64,000 nucleotides of DNA, taken from assembly GCF_009914755.1 (NCBI RefSeq), contig NC_060930.1. One strand, written 5' to 3'. Position numbers and translations under genes: made by a program. Shown piece after piece: positions 55,553-64,000 of this stretch. The notes under the pieces were generated by a model. It was not told the DNA's origin, searched no databases, and was given only the letters and a program-made list of their open reading frames with translations. Source of the DNA: the human T2T-CHM13v2.0 reference genome, Homo sapiens. The number at the start of each line of letters is the position of its first letter. Position 1 is the stretch's first letter.

Positions 55553-56614
55553 CTGAAGGAAAATACATCACAGTGATACAGAAGTTGAACCAGCTCTGGC
55601 CCTGAGCACCAGGGCACCAAGCAGGTGATGGGGCGGCCCCAGTACAGGCAACAGCACGTGGGGTCTGGGGGCAGCCGGGGATCCAAGCTTAGCCTGGGCA
55701 GCATGTGAGGTGAGTGGCCAGCAGCACACCCCAGCGTCACCTGGTGCCTTGGTAAGTGAAGCTGCCAGAAAAAGCATGGATTAAGCAAGAGTTTATTTTG
55801 CCTGGGGTCATCATTTTAGCAACATAAACTTACGTCATTAATTTGCATTGGCATCTGACCATTTTGTGAAATGTGGAGTTTCTGAGGGCGGCAAGGCACC
55901 TAGAGTCCAGCAGCTTCCTGTGCTGCCCACTCTGGCAGAGGCCCCAGGCAGAGAAGAAGGCGGCAGAGAGGTAGACTAGCTGATGAAATTTCTGATTTTG
56001 TAACTCAAGCCTTCTTTCTCATTAATTTTTTTCACTTCTCCCTTTTTATGGAAATAGAACATACATACAGAAAGTACACTTAAAGTATCAGCTTGATGAA
56101 TTTTCACAGCCTGCACTCAGCCTCATCAGCAGAGCCAGATGAACAACCTGAACACACAGCAGCCCTGAACCCTCTGCGGGCCACTCCCAGGCACCAAGCT
56201 CTGGCACCCTCACTTCTGAAGGCAGAGAGTGATGTGCCTGTGTTTTTGCACTTTATACGAATATATTTTGTCTTACATCTTAATTGCATATGTTATTTAT
56301 CCCCAAGTTCCCTGAGGACAGAACCATGTCCTTCTTGTTCCTTCCTGATCAGTTCCTGGCGGGTGTGGGGTGGCGGCTCTTGGGATGAGTGCACGCTTGG
56401 TAGTGAAGGGGTGGCTGCGCCTGGACCAATCCGCTCTCTCTCTCAACCTCCCTGTGCTTGACAGGCTGCTGGGCATGGCTGTGGGACACCATCAATGATT
56501 ACTCTCCCTTTAACCCTTTCAGAATCAGCAACACAAGCAGTGCTTTAAACCCAAAAGGTCCCTTAGCACCAGGTCATAGAGATTTTGCAAAAGCCGTGGG
56601 ATACGGAGCTGGTA

Positions 56615-57324
56615 CAAGTGGAGTCTCTCTTATTCGAAATGCCTGGTACCAGAAGTGTTTTGAGTGTTTTATTGTTTCGTATTTTGGAATATTTGTGTAT
56701 ACATAATGAGACATCTTGGAGATGCTACCCAAGTTGAAACACAAAATAAATTCATGCTTTATATACACATAGCCTGAGGTAATTTTATACAATATTTTTA
56801 ATAGTTTGTAAATGTAATGAAATTTTGGTTACATTGTGACTGCAACCTGTCACATGAGGTGATATGGTTTGGCTGTGTCCCCACCCAAATCTCAACTTGA
56901 ATTGTATCTCCCAGAATTCCCACATGTTGTGGGAGGGACCAAGGGGGAGGTGATTGAATCACGGGGGCCGGTCTTTCCTGTGCTGTTCTCCTAATAGTGA
57001 ATAAGTCTCATGAGATTTGATGGCTTTATCAGGGGTTTCTGCTTTTGCTTCTTCCTCATTTTCCTCTTGCTGCCACCATGTAAGAAGTGCCTTTTGCCTC
57101 CCGCCATGATTCTGAGGCCTCCCCGGCCATGTGGAACTGTAAGTCCAACTAAACCCCTGTTTCTTCCCAGTTTTGGGGATGTTTTTATCAGCAGCATGGA
57201 AACAGATTAATACATGAGGTCAGGTGTGGAATGTTTCACTTGTGGCATGAGGTTAGTGCTCTAAACATTGTAGATGTCAGGGCATTTGGGATTCCAGGTT
57301 TTTGAATTAGGGAGGGTCAGCCCG
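56615..57324. mobile_element. MER2 (TcMar-Tigger) DNA transposon split by a THE1C LTR
   Basis: cttattcgaaatgcctggtaccagaagtgttt...; TA on both flanks (56613-56614, 57325-57326). Confidence 0.8.
56860..57214 (+). mobile_element. Solo THE1C LTR
   Basis: tgatatggtttggctgtgtcc...attaataca; perfect 5-bp TSD TGAGG. Confidence 0.92.
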
Positions 57325-57635
57325 TATGGCAAAAAGCCAGGTGCAGCAGCCTCCAGTCTGCAGGCCTGAATATTGGGCTGCTAATGCAGGAGAAGGCAAG
57401 ATTGATCTGATGTCAAATATTGAAGCTGAAATGTGTCAGTGCCCATGTGGATCAATGTTTCATGTGAGGACAATGCTGACATTTTTCTAACCAGCTGGAT
57501 CATTTTAAACCATTGTGCTGAAAAAAAGACAATCAAAGAATTATGATTTTTTTTAAAAATCTCCCTAGCCTGTAAAGTTTAACACTGAAACACAGTCCTT
57601 AAGAATATCTTCTTCTAAGTGTGGTGTACTAAGTC

Positions 57636-57920
57636 CATTTCTGCAGTGGTTTGAGGCTGATGTGCTTCTACAAGATGGTGTTGTGGTCTGGCCTAGCTAT
57701 GCAGATCCTTTTGTTTCTGTTTCTGGAAATATGTCAGGCATGTTGCCCTGTTGGTGTAATTTCCTTTAATTCATCCTCGGTCACCATTTTCCAGGGCCTC
57801 TGGGCATGGGCGTTGATAACCTACGCCTGGTAACACCAACGTCTGTGAGCCCAGCCTGACAATGATTCTACCACCTGTCGATGGAGCAGGTTTCAGTGTA
57901 AACAAGCGTGTGAATAACTG
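57636..57920 (-). pseudogene. Possible SRCR-like exon
   Basis: Acceptor atatttcag; TRLF..STGGRIIVRL and a terminal C..KHISLK..C-like motif. No intact donor. Confidence 0.3.
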
Positions 57921-58149
57921 CTGAAATATTGACGCTTTATTGCCTCCACGGAGGCCACAGTTTCCTTTATTTTATGATGGTACTTGAAATAATGTTTGAT
58001 AAGAACCTGCCCAAAAGTCCTCCTCACATGGAGCATCTTAGAGTTTCAAAAGAAAATTGTTGAGGTTTCTGTTCAAATTCCAGAAGATCCAACTAGAGCC
58101 TGGGAGTCATCATCATGCTTCTGGTGGATTTTCTCCTGCTCACATCACA

Positions 58150-58525
58150 GAGTGTGATTCTGAGACCCCTCTAGCTGTCCCAGTCCCCTATGCCCAAATT
58201 AATTCATTCACTTCAGTGCTTCGAAAACTGTCTTTAATTCTCACAAGCCCCAAGTTGATGCATTCTTCTGAAATCCTTGCTTGATGACACTAAGTATCCA
58301 TTCCCTGCCATTCTCTGTCACCACACGCTTTATATTTTCTCATTGCACATAGTAAAATATGTAATTTTATATTTGCTTTTCATTTTACTTTCCATCTCCT
58401 TCACCAATATGGAAGCTCCAGGAAGGGAGAGGCGATGGACTTTCTTCCCCTGTTGTTTTGCTACCATCACGCACACAACGCCTGAATTATAGTCGCTGCT
58501 CAATAAACATCTGTTAATGAATAGA
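58150..58525 (+). mobile_element. L2 3' fragment
   Basis: aagctccaggaaggg...gctcaataaacatctgttaatgaat. Confidence 0.6.
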
Positions 58526-59029
58526 TGGTAGTGGCACAGGGGCCCGGCGCAGGTGAAAACCTCCCTGTATTCCTCTTTAGCTCAGCACTCAGGGCACATT
58601 CCTTCCTGTGCACAGTGGAAGGTAACTCTGCTGAGCCCTCTGTCACCGTAGCCTCTGCAGAGGTCCGGGCACACGGCCACCTCAGAGCCCTCCTGCAAGC
58701 GTAGCAGCCTCGCACGCCACCTGGAGAATGTGCACATGTGTGGGACTGGCCCTGGTTCCCACCGCACTGGGAGGTGGCCTTTGCAGAGAGTTGTCATATA
58801 ACAGCCCTGCCAAGGGGAGGGTGGGACGTCTTGGTTTCACATGGATAAGGTTCTTTAAGGCAGGCTCCCTACAACACTTAGCAAATAAATAGTGTTTATT
58901 CGTGTGCTCATCCAAACATTTGTTGCCCAATGCAAATTCACTAGAATCATAGTGTCAAACAGCTGGATGATCGCTCATCATCACACACAGGCTTGAGGAG
59001 TCCCAGAGCTAACGTCAGCAAGATGATGG

Positions 59030-59232
59030 ATGGACAGATGAGAGATAGATAAATAGATAATAGGTTAATAGAGACAGATAGATGGTAGATAATGATGATA
59101 ATGAACTTAGGTATAGATAGACAGTAGATGTGGATAGGTAGGTAGTTAGTAGGTAGATAGATAACAGGTTAATAGAGATAGATAATAGATAGATAGATAA
59201 TTAATAGATAGAGATAGATGAGAGATAGAGAT
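59030..59232. repeat. Degenerate (GATA)n tract
   Basis: Direct inspection. Confidence 0.9.
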
Positions 59233-59728
59233 GACCCTGGCTTTATCATTTATTAATATCATTTCGACAAGGCAGAGACCCCAGCCCATGGAGAAGCTGT
59301 TGGTGGTGTGGCTGAGGTATGCAAATGTTTATGCACACGTGTGTTTTTGAGGGGGAAGAGAGGAAGGAAATGGGGGAGAGGAAAGAAGAAAAACAATGGG
59401 ACAAAGCACCCAGGGCCGCCATTCACGGGTCCATGTGTTAAATAGGTGGTTATTTGAATAGTTGCTGCTGAAAGCTTCTGCTACCTTCCCCAGGTCAGGA
59501 ATGAAACACACAGGCCCTGGTGGTGGCTCTGGTTTTTTCTGGAATTGTTCTACTGGAAACTGCTCTCTGTGAATTGACGGCTAATGAGACAAGCATCCGG
59601 AGCGAATGAGGGGCAGTGCCCTCCTCCCGCGTCCCCCTCGTGGGCTCCTCCCAGGCCGAGGAAGCTCGCTGCCCAGGCTTGGACAGACCCGCGAACAAAG
59701 GGAGCCGACAGCTCCACAACACTCAGCC

Positions 59729-60076
59729 CATGGGGACTGCAGCAGGTGAGTCTCCACCCAGCCTCCCTCCTTTGGACCAACACGAACTCCGGAGACGTCT
59801 GGGTGCAGCTGCCTCAGGCCCTGCTGTCTTCAACGGGGACTGAGGTTGCAGTTTAGCTGGCTTTCCTGTTCCTGCTTCCCCGGGTCCCCCTCAAAGAAGC
59901 CGCCTGCACCCCGTGCCACCTCACTCTGGCATAGCCCTACTTCTCCAAACCACCAGGCCTGCCCTCCCTTGTCCACGCAGATCTGACAATCTCCACAGTG
60001 CTGTGCAGACTTCAGCTCCAAGAAGTTGCAAGTGATGGAGATAAAATCCCTTCCTGAGAGAGTCATGAACCGTGGC
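59729..60076 (-). pseudogene. Decayed SRCR exon
   Basis: Acceptor ttctcatttcttcttttgacctcaaacag. Fragments CNFLELK, SAWTRE, AGLVVWR(E)VG, AGGFFEGDPG, QLNC, REAGWRLTC, in SRCR order (partly visible in track ORFs 59830..60144, 59921..60307 and 59550..59783). Confidence 0.55.
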
Positions 60077-60599
60077 CTGTTTGAGGTCAAAAGAAGAAAT
60101 GAGAACAAAGCCAAGCCAAGGCTTCGGAGTGAGCCCTGAGACACCTCTCAGCTGGCCGGGTGGCCAGAGATCCACCCTGCAGGAGCCGCCCCGAGGCAGG
60201 TGGGCCACATCTCCCAACAAGCGGCACACAAGAAGGCCCCTCGCAAGAGGAGGCATCTGTGGTCTTCCCAGAGCAAAGGCAGCAGCCCCGGGAGCCCAGC
60301 CAGTCACTGGCCACCTGCACGCCTCTACACAGCAGACCTGGCCAGGCGGGCAGTGCCCCTGGCCCCTTGCGAATAGAACGTTGTGGAACAGGCGGAACCT
60401 GGGCAGCTGTCCTGCACTCTGGCCAGCCAGTCCGTGGATGCTCCTGCCAGGCAGGACTGAGCCACTGCCAGTCTGGCCGGTGCCAGCCTTTTCTCAGATC
60501 CAGCCACGCCCTCTCTGGATACGGTCTGGACACCGGCAGACCAAGCAGGCAGTTGCCTCCCTGGCTGGCTCTGACCTCCTGCAGCACAAGGAGAGGATG

Positions 60600-61750
60600 C
60601 ACTGCACTGCCAGGCCTCTGGGCACCGAGGGCCGCTGCTCCGCCGTTTCTTTCTGCTACCGCTAATTCAAAACAGGGCAGGGAGCAGCTAGGCAGCAGCT
60701 GGGAGAGCTGCGGGCTCCTCCACCCGGTTGCTGGTGGGCTCCATCCGGCCGCACCGCCCGCACCTGCTCACCTCCAGCTGCCTCGGCCCCAGCGGCACGG
60801 ACGGACTCAACGGCGACCACCGCGGCAGCTCCCCGGGGACTCCTCGCAGGTCAGCTGAGCTTTGCTTTCAGTCGGCGTGCACGGTTCCCAAACGTCGGCG
60901 TGCACGGTTCCCAAACGTCGGTGGTGATTTTTGTAAGTGAGGTGGGGGTCACCACAGGAAGAGAGGGGAGGCAAACCTCCCTTCCCGCTGTGTCCCGCCT
61001 TTCCTCCTGGCGGTTGCGTTTCCACGTGTCCTCCCTGCTGCCCGCCCCAGCCCACACTGAGCAGGAAGGTGGGGCGTGGCGGGGAGGGGAGTGGAACTGA
61101 GGGAAGCAGAGAGGGTGGTGCCATTGCCCCCGGCCTAGCTTCTGTTTGATCATTAGTTTCAATTCAAGAAAACGTTCTTTTGAGGGAATTTTAAAAATGA
61201 ATCACGTGCACCTCTTAAGAAAACCGAGTGTCACAATCGTTGTTACCACGCAGGTGAGAGGAGAGGAGGGAGGACGGGAAAGGGAAGGGGCATGAGAAAG
61301 GCGGATGGGACTGAGCTTCTACGGCTCCCTGGCCGCGGCGCACGCGCTGGCCCTCCCCGTCCACAGCAGCAGCGGCATCCTCCCCACCCTACAGCGAGGA
61401 GGTGGACGTTGCCCCGAGGGGAGGAGCGTGTCAGGGTGGCTTCCAGGTGCAGGTTCTCGCGCAGGCCTCAGCCTTCATAGGTGCATTCCGCTCTAGAACA
61501 TTCCTGTTCATGCGTGGTCGTCGCTCACTGGTGGCCGCTTAGGTGCACTTCTCAATGGCAGTGCCCAGCACGGAGCAATGCCTCGGAGTGGCAGTTTCTT
61601 CAGTACGGTCCCCACGGCCTCTCCCAAGGCGGAGGATGCTGCCGCCAAGGAAACTGGCTCACCACGGACGCTGGTGAGCTACGGAGCTATCAGTGAGGTG
61701 TGGATTTCTCAGGCCTCTGGCGGGAGCCGGAGTAAAGGCCCTGAGTGTCT
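60600..61750. promoter_or_regulatory. CpG-enriched GC-rich region, possible weak CpG island or regulatory element
   Basis: Visibly higher CpG density than the flanks; not computed. Confidence 0.35.
60871..60921. repeat. Perfect 23-bp tandem duplication
   Basis: gtcggcgtgcacggttcccaaac x 2, plus gtcgg. Confidence 0.9.
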
Positions 61751-62316
61751 AGACCAGCCAGAGTGTCTGCGTGTAGGTCAGCAAATGTGGGCAAATGTCT
61801 AGGCGGTGGTGTCCTGCAGGGAGCCGAAGGCCCGTGGGGGACGTGACCAACTCAGCATTCCGCTGGAGGCTACAAACAGCAAACTGTTTATCATGAATGC
61901 AGGATGTGGGCAAACTCACACTGCCCTGCCACCAAAAGGTTTGCTAACAGACATCACTCCCTAGCTCCGGGCTCCTTAAAGTTATCTGCCTAAAAAATCT
62001 AGTGCCTATTGTCCAAAAAATGCAAGATTACTGTGAACCAAACGGCAGACTGACAATCACCCCCCTCCCCCAGCTTTCTCGCTATCTCTTTTTGCCTAAT
62101 AAATACGGAGGGCTGTGTAAAGCTCAGGGCCCTTGTCCACTAAAGGCAAGGTGCCCCTAACCCCTTCTTCCAAATATACTCTGTTGTCTCTTGTCTTTTA
62201 TTCCCGTGTTGCCCGCCTTTGTTCAGTCCAGTAGGTCCCCAACAATGTCCTGAGGGTATGAATCCTGAAAGACTACTCTCCATGAAGCAGGTATTTACCA
62301 GGTTAGTGCATGTTTC
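61570..62316 (-). pseudogene. Possible SRCR-like exon split by LTR3
   Basis: Acceptor ttttactgttttcccttaatacccag; TNLVN, RVVF. After the LTR: DIC, SGWS. 3' end uncertain. Confidence 0.3.
61815..62244 (+). mobile_element. Solo LTR3 (HERV-K HML-6 type)
   Basis: 430 bp, TG...CA ends, starts tgcagggagccgaaggcccgtgggggacgtgaccaactcagcattcc, AATAAA at ~62098; 6-bp TSD gtgtcc/atgtcc. Confidence 0.8.
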
Positions 62317-64000
62317 CTGGGTATTAAGGGAAAACAGTAAAATGTTCTGTACGGGGGTCCCGGTTCTGTGTCGCACGAGAAGAGTGTGTGTCTTTTTACT
62401 TTTTTAATATGGCTCAATAAAATTTTAAATCACATATGTGACTCTCATTGTATTTCTATTACACAATATGCTTTTTACCATGTCAAAATATCGGGTGGTT
62501 TCAATCAAATTGGTTAGTTAGCACCATGTTCAAGAAAAACTCTTCTTTTAGGAAGGTACTAAAAGGTTCGTTGGTTGGGTTTTTTTAATGGAATTATATA
62601 ACGTGTTATCACTAATTTGGATGCAGAATAGGAGTCTGGGGGTTGGCTGTAATGGCCTCTGAGGTCTTCTAAGCCTTATAGCTCTGTGATATTAAACTTG
62701 GTAAAAAGATGCCAAGAGATTCCTAGATGACAAGCCAGAAAGTATTCACAGCCCATAAAGTAGAGACAACTCAGCCGCTGTGAAGAGATAAACATCTCCA
62801 CCGCCACGTTCGTAGTCTCCTCCTCAAGGCCTCAGTTTTGGGTCTGGTGATCTGGCTCTAGTCCCCCACTCCAGGTGGGAGCTTCGCAGGCATGGGCTAG
62901 TTACTCGAGTTCCGGGTGCCTGCGTGACCCATTTGTAACATGGAAATAGCAAAAGTCCCTCCCCAATGCTATCAAAGGGTAGTGACGCGAGACAGGAGAA
63001 GTGTGAAGATGCTTTATAAAACTCAGAGTGCTAAATACTGGGGCTTTTCCCCCTCTACGTAGAAAGTTATAGAAGAAGGTGGCATTGACTAAGAAACAAA
63101 TAATCACATTAATGAATAAGGCAGGAAAGATTTCTGAGATTAAATAACATTTTCATAGATTGATTTTTTAATTCCATATTTATCATCAAAGTCAAGCAGA
63201 ACCCAAAACTGATCCTTGCGGTTCCGAAAGCGGCCTTCTGTGGCATGGAGTTGCTGAGCGGAGTCTAGTTCTGCGTGTGTATCCTGCTGGGTTGCACCTG
63301 TTTAATCTTTGCCTTTCTTTTGCCCAAAGAGTCAGCGTGTGAATTTGTTTATGAGGAGAACGACTCAAATTAATAACGAGGTGTTTTTGGTTTTTTTTTT
63401 TTTAATCTTTGGAATGTGCCACATCAAGTTCTGCTCCATTTCCTGGTGATTCAGATTCTAATGACGACCTTCACTCTCCCAGAATGTCCTCCTGTGACTG
63501 GCGGCAGGCCCTCTTCGCCATCCACAGGAGCGGGCGCTGCTCCAGGCACACAGCCAAGGGGGATCAACCCTGGGGAGGGGGCCGCAGTGCACCTCCGCCT
63601 GGCGTCTTTCTCCCCTCATGGGTCCACACTCCCTGACACCATCTGGCTTCCCTCCTGACAGCCCAATGCAGCAGACAGATGGCAGCGTTTACAGTTTCCA
63701 CAGTGATGAGCAAGCCAGGGGCCTCCAGCCAGTGCAGTGTGACCCAGGCGCGCCCTCAGAGCCTGGCGTGGCCGGACTCTGGCTTCTCGGTTGCCCCTGG
63801 GTTGTCCCCGGACTGACATCTCTGGGTCTCTTCCTCTGCTTCATTTGGGAATCCTTTGTTGTTCAGTGACCAGGGAAATTGAGAAAATAAGCAGTGTGCT
63901 GACGTCATGGAAACAGTATATAGCAACTAAAATACACCAGCTTTCCTGTTTTTCCAGGCTCATATTCTACCAGATCAACCAATCCATGGCTTTGAGTATC

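Larger units (their letters stand above)
56515..57517 (-). pseudogene. Decayed SRCR-like exon split by MER2 (which carries a THE1C LTR)
   Basis: Acceptor gattgtctttttttcag; MIQLV.., QACR..GGC. Removing MER2 and one TA leaves 193+98 = 291 nt, phase 1-1. Donor weak. Confidence 0.45.

Overview
Primate (human-like) non-coding genomic DNA, rich in repeats: Alus from FLAM to AluY, L1, L2, MIR, MaLR/ERVL/ERV1/ERVK LTRs and DNA transposons. I found no intact protein-coding gene, RNA gene or CRISPR array, and almost all track ORFs are spurious. Two gene fossils lie on the minus strand. (1) A clear, heavily decayed processed pseudogene of SPTLC2 at about 31.0-32.8 kb. (2) An apparent very old, multi-exon unitary pseudogene spanning most of the window (about 62.3 kb down to 13.75 kb). 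It consists of roughly 15 dispersed ~290-370 nt segments, most behind a polypyrimidine/AG acceptor, that retain scavenger-receptor cysteine-rich (SRCR) motifs. These are followed by a transmembrane-like exon, suggesting a dead CD163/WC1/SCART/DMBT1-class type I receptor. Several of its exons are split by MIR, MER2, THE1, Alu and LTR3 insertions, which brackets when it died. The SRCR call comes from manual, frameshift-tolerant motif reading and needs profile-HMM and synteny confirmation. Repeat subfamily names come from recalled consensus sequences, and most boundaries are approximate.
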